A stretch of DNA of 64,000 nucleotides from Lentisphaerota bacterium (GTDB lineage: Bacteria > Verrucomicrobiota > Lentisphaeria > Victivallales > Victivallaceae), in contig SUWL01000004.1 of assembly GCA_015061495.1 (NCBI GenBank), forward strand, positions 115-64,114, written 5' to 3'. The translations under genes were made by a program, and so were the position numbers. This document shows, in pieces, positions 44,982 to 54,691 of this stretch (positions are counted from its first letter, which is position 1; every line of letters begins with the position of its first letter). The notes under the pieces are model-generated. The model searched no databases, was not told the origin of the DNA, and saw nothing but the letters and a program-made list of their open reading frames with translations.

Positions 44982-45056
44982 TGGCTCCGGCACCTGGGCT
45001 CGAACCAGGAACCAAGTGGTTAACAGCCACCTACTCTACCATTGAGCTATGCCGGA
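44982..45056 (-). tRNA. tRNA-Asn (anticodon GTT), 75 nt with encoded CCA
   Basis: Manual cloverleaf: TCCGGCA-TA-GCTC-AATGGTA-GAGT-A-GGTGG-CTGTTAA-CCACT-TGGTT-CCTGG-TTCGAGC-CCAGG-TGCCGGA-G-CCA. All four stems pair, and the anticodon loop is CU-GUU-AA. Confidence 0.95.
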
Positions 45057-45074
45057 GCGTTCGTTATGTCATAT

Positions 45075-45102
45075 AATATAGCCCGGATTTCTCATTTGTC
45101 AA
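45075..45102 (-). promoter_or_regulatory. Near-consensus sigma70-type promoter for tRNA-Asn
   Basis: On the minus strand: TTGACA (45102-45097), 16 nt, TATATT (45080-45075). The mature tRNA 5' end lies 18 nt downstream of the -10. Confidence 0.55.
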
Positions 45103-45257
45103 CTGAAATACCGGAAAAAATTGCAAAAAAAGTGAAAAAAACGAAAGATTTTTACTTTTTCTGGCATTTTTTTCAAAAGGGATGTATATTATATAAGGTA
45201 TATATATGTGGACTGCGGGGGAAGGTTGCGAAAATTTCCCCAAAGGAGGGTATGGGT

Positions 45258-46919
45258 ATGAAAATTCACGAAATAAAACAGTTTGACCATATAATTATCG
45301 GCAGCGGTCTCGCCGGACTTACTTGCGCTTATCATCTCGCTAAAAGCGGCAAATCCGTGGCTGTATTCACCAAACGGGAAATCGATGAGTGCAACAGCCG
45401 TTTCGCCCAGGGCGGAGTGGCTTGCGTGATGGATAAGTGCGACTCATTCGATGAGCATGTCGCAGATACTCTTACCGCCGGTGCCGGTATGTGTGACGAA
45501 AAAGCCGTCCGGGCAATCGTGGAAGCCGGTCCGGATGCCATCGCCGAAATCATTGAACTGGGTGCCAAATTCACCACCCGCGGCGAGTTGGGACATCAGG
45601 ACGACCCCGATGCCTTTGACCTCGGCAGAGAGGGCGGACACCATAAACGCCGGGTGCTGCACGCCGGAGATATCACCGGCGCCGAATTGGAACGGGTCAT
45701 GGTCAAAACCATCCGTGAAACCCCCAACGTCACCATCTTTGAACACCATATCGCTATCGATCTGGTCGTTTCCAAACGCCTGGGATTGCCCGGCGCAAAC
45801 CGCTGTTACGGCTGCTATGTCCTGAATATCGCCAGCGGTGAGATCTTTACCGCTCTGGCTGCTTCTACCACTATCGCTTGCGGCGGCGCCGGAAAAGTTT
45901 ATCTCTATACCAGCAATCCCGATGTCGCTTGCGGTTCCGGAGTCGCTATGGCTTACCGGGCAGGTGCGAAGATCGCCAATATGGAATTCATCCAGTTCCA
46001 CCCGACTATCCTCTACCACCCGACCATCCGTTCCTTTCTGATCAGTGAAGCTCTCCGCGGCGAGGGAGCCGTCCTCAAATGCCGGGAAAACCGCGATTCC
46101 GAACCCGTGGAATTCATGCAGAAATACCACCCGATGCAGAGCCTCGCTCCCAGGGATGTGGTCGCCCGTGCCATCGATTCGGAAATGAAACGCACCGGCG
46201 AAGAGTGTGTCTATCTGGATATCCGCCACTTGAGCGAAGAGACTTTGAAACTGCGCTTCCCCAATATTTTCGCCAAATGTCTGGAAGCCGGAGTGAATAT
46301 GGCCAAAGACCTGATCCCCGTCGTTCCCGCTGCCCACTTCGTGTGCGGGGGAATCAAAACCGATATCAACGGCGCCACCAGTATTCAGGGATTGTACGCC
46401 GTCGGCGAATCGGCATGTACCGGGCTTCACGGAGCCAACCGCCTTGCCAGCAACAGCTTGCTTGAAGCTATGGTCATCCCCCGTGCCATTGCCAGGGATA
46501 TCGCCAGCCGCTTCGATGACCTTAAAAACATCCATCCGGACATCCGCAAGGCGATGAATTGGACCACCGGCAATGCCACTGATTCCGATGAGCAGATCCT
46601 GATCGCCCACAACTGGGATGAGATCCGCCGTTTCATGTGGGACTATGTCGGTATCTACCGTACCGACAAGCGCCTGGAACGTGCCAAAAACCGGATCAAA
46701 CTCATTCGCAAAGAGATCGAGAAATATTACTGGGACTTCATCGTTACCGCCGATCTGGTGGAATTGCGCAATATCGCCACGGTCGCAGAGTTGATCATCG
46801 ACTGTTCTCTGAAACGCAAAGAGAGCCGCGGACTGCATTACAATGCCGATTACCCATTCCTTGATCCGGAACTGGAGTGCGTGGATACCATCATCCAGCG
46901 GGATGTGAGGAGCATGTAA
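45258..46919 (+). CDS. nadB: L-aspartate oxidase
   Basis: FAD fold DHIIIGSGLAGLTCAYHLA, SRFAQGGVA, HPTILYHP..FLISEALRGEGA, GLYAVGESACTGLHGANRLASNSLLE. The RBS aaggaggg sits 7 nt before ATG 45258. Confidence 0.92.
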   Translation: MKIHEIKQFDHIIIGSGLAGLTCAYHLAKSGKSVAVFTKREIDECNSRFAQGGVACVMDKCDSFDEHVADTLTAGAGMCDEKAVRAIVEAGPDAIAEIIELGAKFTTRGELGHQDDPDAFDLGREGGHHKRRVLHAGDITGAELERVMVKTIRETPNVTIFEHHIAIDLVVSKRLGLPGANRCYGCYVLNIASGEIFTALAASTTIACGGAGKVYLYTSNPDVACGSGVAMAYRAGAKIANMEFIQFHPTILYHPTIRSFLISEALRGEGAVLKCRENRDSEPVEFMQKYHPMQSLAPRDVVARAIDSEMKRTGEECVYLDIRHLSEETLKLRFPNIFAKCLEAGVNMAKDLIPVVPAAHFVCGGIKTDINGATSIQGLYAVGESACTGLHGANRLASNSLLEAMVIPRAIARDIASRFDDLKNIHPDIRKAMNWTTGNATDSDEQILIAHNWDEIRRFMWDYVGIYRTDKRLERAKNRIKLIRKEIEKYYWDFIVTADLVELRNIATVAELIIDCSLKRKESRGLHYNADYPFLDPELECVDTIIQRDVRSM

Positions 46920-48223
46920 TGGAGTACGATTTCGATATTCCCGGCAACGCTTATTCGGTCGTTTCCGAATTGCAGCGCGCCGGATTTGAAACCTATATCG
47001 TCGGCGGTGCCATCCGGGATCTGCTTTTGCAGCGCAAGCCCAAAGATTTTGACATCTCCAGTTCTGCCACTCCGGAAGAGGTGCGGCAGGTTTTCGGCAG
47101 GCGCCGCGCCCGGATCATCGGCAAGCGTTTCCGGCTGACCCATGTGACCGTCAACGGTGAACTTTTTGAGGTCAGTACTTTCCGCCGGACTCCCTCTGCC
47201 CATGCGGGGGACAGCAACGATGAGAAGTTCCGGAAAATGCCGGAGAATATGATCGTTTCCGACAACTCTTACGGCAGTTCCCGGGAGGATGCTTTCCGCA
47301 GGGATTTCACGATCAACGCACTCTTTTACGATCCGGTCAGGCGGGAACTGATCGACCACACCGGCATGGGATTGCAGGATATTGCCAACCGCACAGTCCG
47401 GGCAATCGGCGAACCGGCTCTGCGTTTTGAGGAGGATCCGGTGCGGATGCTCCGGGCTTTGAAACTGGTTGCACAATTCGATTTTTCCCTGCATGATGCC
47501 ACGGAAAACGCTCTGTTTGACAAATTGCCGCTCATCCGGCTGGTATCCTCGGGCAGATTGTCGCTGGAATTGGAAAAAATCCTGAAATCCAGCTCTTCCG
47601 ACCGTCATCTGGAGGTGTTCTTTGACTACGGTCTGCTGAATTTTTTCCTGCCTTTTTTTGCGGAAAGATGGGGCTCTGCCGCCTGCAAACGGGCGCTCGA
47701 TCTGCTCTATGAACGCAACTGCCGGGTGGATGCAGAAATCTACCGCGACAGCATTTCTCTGGCTCTGGCGGCGGCAGCTTTGCCCTTTGCCGCTGAATCG
47801 CTCAACTGTCCTGCCGGTAAATTGTGGCAGAAGCGCACTGAACAGGTCGATGAGGTGTTGTACCGTACCGTCACGGAATTGTTCGCTCCCCAGATATTGA
47901 TGGTCAAAGTCCGGGAAGCCGCCGTCCGGATCATGCACATGCAAGTGCTTCTGGAACAGGCGCAGGATCAGGATATCCCCGCTCTGATGCGGCATAAATC
48001 CTATCCCCATGCCCGGGAACTTATGCTGATCCGTCACCTTGCTTCGGGGGAAGATGTCGCTGCTCTGGAGTCCCGTTTCCCCAAAGCCGGTACTTCGTTT
48101 GAGCCCAATTACTCTTCTGTCGGGCGGCGTAAGAAAAATTCCGACGGATTCAAACGCCGCCGTCATCGCAGGCACAAGGGCAAACGTCCGGAATTGCCGG
48201 TTGACTTCAGCGGAGAGTGCTGA
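46919..48223 (+). CDS. pcnB: Poly(A) polymerase I (class II nucleotidyltransferase, PcnB-like)
   Basis: YIVGGAIRDLLLQRKPKDFDI, GKRFRLTHVTVNGELFEVSTFR, RRDFTINALFYD, and a basic C-terminal tail RRKKNS..RRRHRRHKGKR. The start overlaps the nadB stop (TAATG). Confidence 0.85.
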   Translation: MEYDFDIPGNAYSVVSELQRAGFETYIVGGAIRDLLLQRKPKDFDISSSATPEEVRQVFGRRRARIIGKRFRLTHVTVNGELFEVSTFRRTPSAHAGDSNDEKFRKMPENMIVSDNSYGSSREDAFRRDFTINALFYDPVRRELIDHTGMGLQDIANRTVRAIGEPALRFEEDPVRMLRALKLVAQFDFSLHDATENALFDKLPLIRLVSSGRLSLELEKILKSSSSDRHLEVFFDYGLLNFFLPFFAERWGSAACKRALDLLYERNCRVDAEIYRDSISLALAAAALPFAAESLNCPAGKLWQKRTEQVDEVLYRTVTELFAPQILMVKVREAAVRIMHMQVLLEQAQDQDIPALMRHKSYPHARELMLIRHLASGEDVAALESRFPKAGTSFEPNYSSVGRRKKNSDGFKRRRHRRHKGKRPELPVDFSGEC

Positions 48224-48229
48224 CAATAT

Positions 48230-49510
48230 ATGAAAAAAATATTGACAATATCACTGTTGCTTTGCGGCATTATTTGCTCTTTATCCGCAGAAATCGTCCT
48301 TCGCAAAGATGGCAAACCCGCCCGCTACGCCGGGGTATTCAATCGCGGTGTGATCGAGATCCGGGACTTTTCTCCCCGCAAAAATGAGTTCCGGGGCATC
48401 TGGGTCGCGGTCGTGGAAAACATCGACTTCGCCTCTCACAGTACGGCGGCGGGATTTCAGAAAGATTTCCGGGTACTGGTGAATAATGCCAAACGGGCGG
48501 GATTCACCGCGGTGATTTTTCAGATCCGTTCCAACTGTGATGCTTTTTATCCATCGAAATTCGCTCCGTGGTCACGCTGGCTCGCCGGTAAAGAGGGGGT
48601 CGGTCTGGACCGGTTCGATCCGCTGGCTTTCATGATCGCTGAAACCCATCGGGCGGGCATGGAGTTCCACGCATGGTTAAACCCCTACCGGGTAACCAAT
48701 AAGACGAAATTATCCAAAAATGCTTACCTTAAAACCCTTGCTCCCGGTAACTTCGCCCGGCTCAATCCCCACTGCGTACTGGTGAAAAAACACCCGGACG
48801 GCAATCAGCTGCTCCTTGATCCAGGCGTGCCGCAGGTGGTGGATCACTTGTGCGCTGTCGTCGGCGAAGTCGTGCGCAATTATCCGGTGGATGCCATTCA
48901 CTTTGATGACTATTTCTACCCTTATGAGAAGATCGCCGATGAAGATGCCGCGTCGTTCCGTCGTTACAATCCGGGCAGACTGCCGCTGGATGTCTGGCGC
49001 AGAAACAATACCGATACGCTGGTTTACAATGTGCGTCTGACCATCACCCGCAATAATATTCTGCAGAAGCGGCGGGTCAGATTCGGCATCAGCCCTTTCG
49101 GCATCTGGGGAAACCGCAAAAATTATGCCGCCGGTTCTCTTACCGGGGGCAAAGAGAGTTATTCCACCTTGTTCGCCGACACCCGCAAATGGGTCAAAAA
49201 CGGTTATATCGACTATATCGCTCCCCAGATCTACTGGGATTTTGACCATGATGTTGCCGCGTATGCTGCGCTGGCGGACTGGTGGTGCGCCGTGGTGCGC
49301 GGTACCGGAGTGAAACTTTACATCGGCATCGGAGCGTACAACGGCGGCAGGTGGCGGAGCAATGAATTGATCGATCAGGTGCGTTTCAACCGGATGCGTC
49401 CGGAAATTTCCGGAGCGGCATTTTTTTCGTACCGTTCATTTTTCGGCAAAGAACGCAATGCCGGAGCGCAGCGGCTGATCCGGTATTTCCAAATGCAGAG
49501 GAAAAAATAA
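48230..49510 (+). CDS. Secreted glycoside-hydrolase-like protein (GHL10/YngK-type, formerly DUF187)
   Basis: Signal peptide, then FRGIWVAVVENIDF, AGFTAVIFQIRSNCDAFYPS, GMEFHAWLNPYRV, DAIHFDDYFYP. Confidence 0.6.
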   Translation: MKKILTISLLLCGIICSLSAEIVLRKDGKPARYAGVFNRGVIEIRDFSPRKNEFRGIWVAVVENIDFASHSTAAGFQKDFRVLVNNAKRAGFTAVIFQIRSNCDAFYPSKFAPWSRWLAGKEGVGLDRFDPLAFMIAETHRAGMEFHAWLNPYRVTNKTKLSKNAYLKTLAPGNFARLNPHCVLVKKHPDGNQLLLDPGVPQVVDHLCAVVGEVVRNYPVDAIHFDDYFYPYEKIADEDAASFRRYNPGRLPLDVWRRNNTDTLVYNVRLTITRNNILQKRRVRFGISPFGIWGNRKNYAAGSLTGGKESYSTLFADTRKWVKNGYIDYIAPQIYWDFDHDVAAYAALADWWCAVVRGTGVKLYIGIGAYNGGRWRSNELIDQVRFNRMRPEISGAAFFSYRSFFGKERNAGAQRLIRYFQMQRKK

Positions 49511-50370
49511 TGCAAGTGCAATTTGACTGTTACAAGTGTATTCTCAATCAGATCGTGGAAATGGCGAAACGTTCTTCGGCAGTTGACAGCGAAAGACGGC
49601 AGATCCTCAAACAATTCATCGCTCTTACCGTGGAACATGCCGACAACTCAACTCCGCCGGAAATGGCATCATTTTTTTACGATATCTACTGCCGCAAAAC
49701 CGGCGTGGATGATCCTTACGCTCAAGTTAAGGAGCTGTCCACTGCTCTGGCGCAGCAGCTTTATCCGGAAATGGCACTGCTGGTGGAGCAGGCTGCTGAT
49801 CCTTTTGCCATGGCGGTGCGGTTCGCCATCGGCGGGAATGTGATCGATTTCGGTTCGCATCCGGACTACGATCTGGCGCAAGCTGCCGGGGCGATCCGGG
49901 AAACTGCCGTTTTGCCGGTGGATGAAAACATGCTTGAGAAACTGCGGGAACGTGCCGCTGAAGCCAAAGAGGTGTTTTATATTCTGGATAACTGCGGCGA
50001 AGCAGTGCTTGACCGGCTGCTTATCGACCGTATCGGTGCCGGCAAAGTCACTCTCGGTGTCCGGGGCAAACCGATCCTCAACGATGTCACCCGCCGTGAA
50101 CTTGCCGCTTCCGGATTGGGGGATCTGCCGGTCATCGACACCGGTGACCGGGCGCCCGGGGTTTCGCTGCGCAACAGTGCTCCGGAATTCCTGAAAAAAC
50201 TCCACCGTGCCGATCTGGTTATCGCCAAAGGGCAGGGGAATTTTGAATCACTCGGTGATGCTGACGGGATGGAAAAGATCTTTTTCCTTTTCCGGGTGAA
50301 ATGTCCGGTCATCCAAATGCAGACCGGGGCAGAGCCCGGTTCACTGCAGATACGCTGCCGTATGAAGTAA
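49510..50370 (+). CDS. DUF89/ARMT1-like damage-control phosphatase family protein
   Basis: N-terminal CYKC, FYILDNCGEAVLDRLLI and VIAKGQGNFESL match DUF89 motifs (DN.GE and KGQGNYE). Confidence 0.72.
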   Translation: MQVQFDCYKCILNQIVEMAKRSSAVDSERRQILKQFIALTVEHADNSTPPEMASFFYDIYCRKTGVDDPYAQVKELSTALAQQLYPEMALLVEQAADPFAMAVRFAIGGNVIDFGSHPDYDLAQAAGAIRETAVLPVDENMLEKLRERAAEAKEVFYILDNCGEAVLDRLLIDRIGAGKVTLGVRGKPILNDVTRRELAASGLGDLPVIDTGDRAPGVSLRNSAPEFLKKLHRADLVIAKGQGNFESLGDADGMEKIFFLFRVKCPVIQMQTGAEPGSLQIRCRMK

Positions 50371-50451
50371 TTGCAAAAGTCATTCAAACGCGATTGAATA
50401 TTCAGGTGGAGACTGCAGTTTGAAATTGCCTCGAATATATCGGAATCTAAC

Positions 50452-50480
50452 TTGAACTGCGGCGGTCAACGGTGTATATT
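50452..50480 (+). promoter_or_regulatory. Sigma70-type promoter upstream of ctp
   Basis: TTGAAC (50452-50457), 17 nt, TATATT (50475-50480). The ATG lies about 45 nt downstream. Confidence 0.5.
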
Positions 50481-50525
50481 TTTAAATAAAGTTATGATAT
50501 TGCAACTTCACCGCACAAGGAATTT

Positions 50526-52601
50526 ATGATCATGCGAAAAGAGATTTTATTTTTTGCCTTTTTTGCCGCTGCACTGTTTACGGTTTCCGCCAAGATCCCC
50601 GCAGAACATCAATACACCTCCGCTGATTTCCGCCGTATCACCGCCATGACTGCCAAAATTCTGGATTACAACCACTATTCGGCAACCCGGATGACCCCGG
50701 AACTGTCCGGCAGGATCTTCGATATTTTCTTTGATTCGCTTGATCCGCAGCATATTTTCTTTACTTCGCAGGATATCGCCCGCTTTGCACCTTACCGCCA
50801 TACGCTGGGAAGTTCCATGCAGTACGGAGAATATGAATTCGCATTCCAGGTCTATGACATTTACCGCAACCGCTATGCTGAATACCGGGAATTTACCCGA
50901 AAAATGCTCGCCGGCAAGATCGACTTTACTGTGAATGAATCGGTTTGCGCCAGACAGAGCAAAGAACCCCGTCCGGCAAGCTTGAAAGAGATGCACGAAC
51001 TCTGGAGAAAGCATATCAAAAATGATCTGTTGACTTTCCGGTTGATGGAACGCGCCGAAAAGGATGAGGCGGCAAAGAAAAAGAGCGAAGACAGCAAAAA
51101 AACAGCTGAAAAATCCCCCGGAACCGCCGTCCCGGCTCCGAAATCCGCCGCCGAAAGGATCTTGCAGCGGCAGCGGGATTTCGGCAACAGCATCGCCAAA
51201 CGCGACCGTATCGATATCCTCGGCATCCTGCTGGATTCCATGGCACGGGCGTATGGCGCACACTCTGACTATCAGGCTCCGAAATTGAGCGAAGATTTCG
51301 AAATACAGATGTCGCTTTCGCTGACCGGTATCGGCGCAACGCTCACCAATGAAAACGGTTATGTCAAAATCGTGGAACTGGTTCCCGGCGGCCCGGCGGA
51401 ACTTTCCGGTAAGCTTAAAATCAACGACCGCATTGTTTCTGTCACCCGGGAAAACGGCGAAATCGTGGATATGATCGATATGCCCGTGAGCAAGGCAGTG
51501 CAGTATATCCGGGGTCCTAAAGGGAGCAAAGTCACTTTGCGGGTACTTTCCGGTAATTCCAGTGTACCTGTGGCAGTGGAGATCATCCGGGACAAGATCA
51601 ATTTGAGTGCCGGCGCCGCCAAAGGTGATGTCAAAGAGGTCAACGGTTCTAAAATCGGGGTCATTGAACTGCCCTCATTTTACATGGATTTTGATGCCGC
51701 CATGCGGGGGGATAAAAATGCCCGCAAAGCCAGCACCGACATCAAAAAGATCCTGGATGACTTCAAAAGCAAATCCGTGAATGCCATCGTTATCGATTTG
51801 CGCAACAACGGCGGCGGCAGTCTGCCGGATGCGATTGCGCTTTCCGGGATGTTCATGACCGGCGGGCCGGTGGTGCAGGTGCGTTCCAAAGACGGCGTGG
51901 AGGTCGAGCGTGACCCATCCGGCAAAATCGACTTTGACGGACCGCTGGTCATCCTTACCAGCAAAGGTTCAGCATCAGCAGCAGAAATTTTCACCGGAGC
52001 GCTGCGGGATGCCAAGCGGGCAGTGGTGGTCGGTGACAGCCGTACATTCGGCAAGGGAACGGTTTTGCGTGTGGAGTCCCTTGACCGCTATAACAGCTGG
52101 TTCGGCAGGAAACTGCCAGCCGGTTCGCTGACCTTTGAGATCGCCATGTTTTTCCGTCCCGGCGGCAGTTCGGTGCAGCAGCTGGGGATCGTGCCGGACA
52201 TTCAGCTGCCATCGCTTTCAGAAGAGCTTGAATTCGGCGAAATTTTTCTTGACAACCATCTGCCTTGGGATTCCATCCGGCCGGTCGAAACGATCCAGTG
52301 GGATGCGGATTTTGACAAAAAAGTTGCTGAATTGAAGAAACTTTCCGGTCAGCGCATTGCCAATGATCCCAAATATCAGGCATTCATCCGGCAGGTCGAA
52401 TTGTTCCGGGTGATCCGTGACCGCAAAACCCTGTCACTCAATGAAGAGACCCGTTATGCGGAATTCTGCCGCGAAAAACAGATCTCCGAAGAAGCCGAAA
52501 AGCTCATGGAACAAACCGATGACAAAAATAAAGACGGTGATGTTATTCTCAAAGAGGCAGTCAACATCGCAGCAGACCTTTTCAGGCTCAACCAAAAGTG
52601 A
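50526..52601 (+). CDS. Carboxy-terminal processing (tail-specific) protease, peptidase S41
   Basis: Signal peptide, a PDZ region (GIGATLTNENGYVKIVELVPGGPAELSG), and the S41 core DLRNNGGGSL...GSASAAEIFTGALRD...GDSRTFGKGTV. Confidence 0.9.
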   Translation: MIMRKEILFFAFFAAALFTVSAKIPAEHQYTSADFRRITAMTAKILDYNHYSATRMTPELSGRIFDIFFDSLDPQHIFFTSQDIARFAPYRHTLGSSMQYGEYEFAFQVYDIYRNRYAEYREFTRKMLAGKIDFTVNESVCARQSKEPRPASLKEMHELWRKHIKNDLLTFRLMERAEKDEAAKKKSEDSKKTAEKSPGTAVPAPKSAAERILQRQRDFGNSIAKRDRIDILGILLDSMARAYGAHSDYQAPKLSEDFEIQMSLSLTGIGATLTNENGYVKIVELVPGGPAELSGKLKINDRIVSVTRENGEIVDMIDMPVSKAVQYIRGPKGSKVTLRVLSGNSSVPVAVEIIRDKINLSAGAAKGDVKEVNGSKIGVIELPSFYMDFDAAMRGDKNARKASTDIKKILDDFKSKSVNAIVIDLRNNGGGSLPDAIALSGMFMTGGPVVQVRSKDGVEVERDPSGKIDFDGPLVILTSKGSASAAEIFTGALRDAKRAVVVGDSRTFGKGTVLRVESLDRYNSWFGRKLPAGSLTFEIAMFFRPGGSSVQQLGIVPDIQLPSLSEELEFGEIFLDNHLPWDSIRPVETIQWDADFDKKVAELKKLSGQRIANDPKYQAFIRQVELFRVIRDRKTLSLNEETRYAEFCREKQISEEAEKLMEQTDDKNKDGDVILKEAVNIAADLFRLNQK

Positions 52602-52672
52602 TTTCCCATCGGCGGCAGATGCAAATGTGGTGAATCGTGTCAGCGGCGGAGTGCACTTTTATGCCGAACTGC

Positions 52673-52701
52673 TTGACAAATGCCGTTTTCAGTGCTATAT
52701 T
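52673..52701 (+). promoter_or_regulatory. Consensus-like sigma70 promoter about 260 nt upstream of prs
   Basis: TTGACA (52673-52678), 17 nt, TATATT (52696-52701). Confidence 0.5.
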
Positions 52702-52968
52702 AAGTAAATTGTTAGTTACAGTTTGGAATTTTGATTCGTTATAATGCGAATCTCGGCAGAGGTTTTCCGTTCCGCCGAACCGCGAGTTCCCGGGGCTGCA
52801 GAAACTTGAATTCTTGGCGCAATGCCAAAAGTTCTGATGCAAAGAGTGTCAGCGCAAAAGTGCTGTTAAGCGCGCTGCCGCTGAAAGATCGGATGCTTCA
52901 AGTTATGCAGTTTCCTGTTGCCCGTTGGTTTGCGGTATGTAAATAATATATTGTTGACAGGGCAAAAA

Positions 52969-53937
52969 ATGAAATTGGCAGAAGCAACACACATTTGTCT
53001 GTATTCCGGATGCGGACATCCGGAGCTTTCTCAGAACATCGCTAACTATCTCGGTGCAAGTCTCGGCAAGGTGCATATCACCCACTTCCCCGACAGCGAG
53101 ATCTTTGTCCAATTCGAGGAAAATGTCCGTCGGGCAGATGCTTTTCTGATCCAGCCCACTTGTACTCCTTCCAATGAAAATCTCATGGAACTGCTCATCA
53201 TGATCGATGCTGCCAAGCGCGCCAGTGCCGCCCGCATCACCGCTGTGCTTCCCTATTTCGGCTACGCGCGGCAGGATCGCAAGGATAAACCCCGGGTCCC
53301 AATCACCGCCAAACTGGTCGCCAATCTGCTGACTTGCGCCGGTGCTGACAGGATCCTGACCATGGATCTTCACGCCCAGCAGATCCAGGGATTTTTCGAT
53401 ATCCCCGTTGATCACCTCTACGCCCGCCCGGTGCTGGTGCCCCATTTGAAAGAACTTATCGGTGACAACGGCGTGGTCGTTGCCCCCGACTCCGGCAGTA
53501 CCAAAATGGCTATGGCGTACTGCGATATGCTTTCCGCTGGATTCGCCGTGGTCTGCAAACGCCGCATCAATGCCACTACCGTTGCTTCCAGCCACCTGGT
53601 CGGCGATGTCAAAGACCGCATCTGCGTCATCACCGATGATATGACCAGTACCGCCGGAACTCTCTGCGCCGCCGCCAAGATCCTCAAAGCCAACGGTGCC
53701 GCTAAAGTTTATGCCGCCGTTTCCCACTGCCTCTTGAGCGGTGTCGGTAAGGAGAAACTGCTCAATACCCCGGAAATCGAACAGCTCATTACCACCGATG
53801 CTGTTCCCAATATCGACACTCTCAACGGCAAGATCCGGGTGGTCAGTGTCGCTCCGCTTATCGGTGAAGCGATCCGCCGTGTCCATGAAGGTAAATCCGT
53901 TTCGCCGCTGTTCTATTCAGCCGGCGACTGGAAATAA
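52969..53937 (+). CDS. prs: Ribose-phosphate pyrophosphokinase
   Basis: FPDSEIFVQFEENVR, VLPYFGYARQDRK, DLHAQQIQGFFDIPVDHL, ITDDMTSTAGTL. Confidence 0.93.
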   Translation: MKLAEATHICLYSGCGHPELSQNIANYLGASLGKVHITHFPDSEIFVQFEENVRRADAFLIQPTCTPSNENLMELLIMIDAAKRASAARITAVLPYFGYARQDRKDKPRVPITAKLVANLLTCAGADRILTMDLHAQQIQGFFDIPVDHLYARPVLVPHLKELIGDNGVVVAPDSGSTKMAMAYCDMLSAGFAVVCKRRINATTVASSHLVGDVKDRICVITDDMTSTAGTLCAAAKILKANGAAKVYAAVSHCLLSGVGKEKLLNTPEIEQLITTDAVPNIDTLNGKIRVVSVAPLIGEAIRRVHEGKSVSPLFYSAGDWK

Positions 53938-53992
53938 TATATATTGCAACCAAAAACAACAATTCTCCAAAAATAAAAGCGAAAGGAAATCC

Positions 53993-54634
53993 ATGAGCAA
54001 AGCAGAGAATGTGATCGCGGCACAGCCGCGGAGCGAATTCGGGGACAACGCCTCGCGCCGTCTCCGGAAGTCCGGATTCATCCCGGCGGTCATCTACAGC
54101 CGCGGACAGGAATCCGTTGCGGTGATGCTGAAAACCGAAGAGTGGCAGGTAGCTTACGCGAAAAAAGCCAGTCTCTATACCATCACTCTTGAGGGTAAAG
54201 AGATCCCCGCCATCGTCAAGGAAGTTCAGTTCAATCACCTGAAAAACTACGTCTATCACGTTGACTTCCAGGCGGTCGATATGAGCGCTGAAGTCCATGC
54301 CAGCGTGAAACTCCACGCTTTCGGTGACTGCTACGGCGCCTCTCACGGCGGCGTGCTGGAACAGGAAGTCCACGAACTGCCGGTCTCCTGCCGTCCGGAT
54401 GCCCTGCCCGACATGATCAAAGTCGATGTCACCAACCTCAAGGTCGGTGAAGCTCTGACGGTCGCGGATCTGGTCCTCCCCGAAGGTGTCAAAGTTCGCG
54501 GTCTGGATGCTGCTGAAATCGTCTTCCACGTGGTTCTGCCCACCCAGGAAGGTGCTGCTGAAGAAGGCGGCGCCGCTGAACCGGAAGCTATCAACGAGAA
54601 AAAAGCCGAAGCTCGCGCTGCGGCGAAAAAGTAA
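53993..54634 (+). CDS. rplY: 50S ribosomal protein L25 / general stress protein Ctc
   Basis: RRLRKSGFIPAVIYSRGQES...VKEVQFNHLKNYVYHVDFQ, plus an acidic/Ala-rich C-terminal tail. It sits in the conserved prs-ctc-pth context. Confidence 0.88.
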   Translation: MSKAENVIAAQPRSEFGDNASRRLRKSGFIPAVIYSRGQESVAVMLKTEEWQVAYAKKASLYTITLEGKEIPAIVKEVQFNHLKNYVYHVDFQAVDMSAEVHASVKLHAFGDCYGASHGGVLEQEVHELPVSCRPDALPDMIKVDVTNLKVGEALTVADLVLPEGVKVRGLDAAEIVFHVVLPTQEGAAEEGGAAEPEAINEKKAEARAAAKK

Positions 54635-54691
54635 GTTCCGTTACCGGGGTAACTTCTCCGGAACAATGCTGATTGACAAAAGGATTTTCTT

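Noticed and set aside
44372-45076. A 234-aa plus-strand ORF (MKMAPSCAKAPEDKP... repeated three times) spanning the 201-bp array.
   Set aside because: It is open only because the repeat period is a multiple of 3. Differences between copies are nearly all non-synonymous in this frame. The opposite strand is also open, the ORF runs antisense through tRNA-Asn, and the nearest purine-rich stretch is 13 nt from the ATG.
52731-52946. Small ORFs in the prs upstream region (for example 52731..52946, 71 aa) as candidate peptide genes.
   Set aside because: They have no RBS and a basic low-complexity composition, and they overlap the helices proposed for a structured RNA. I treat the region as non-coding.
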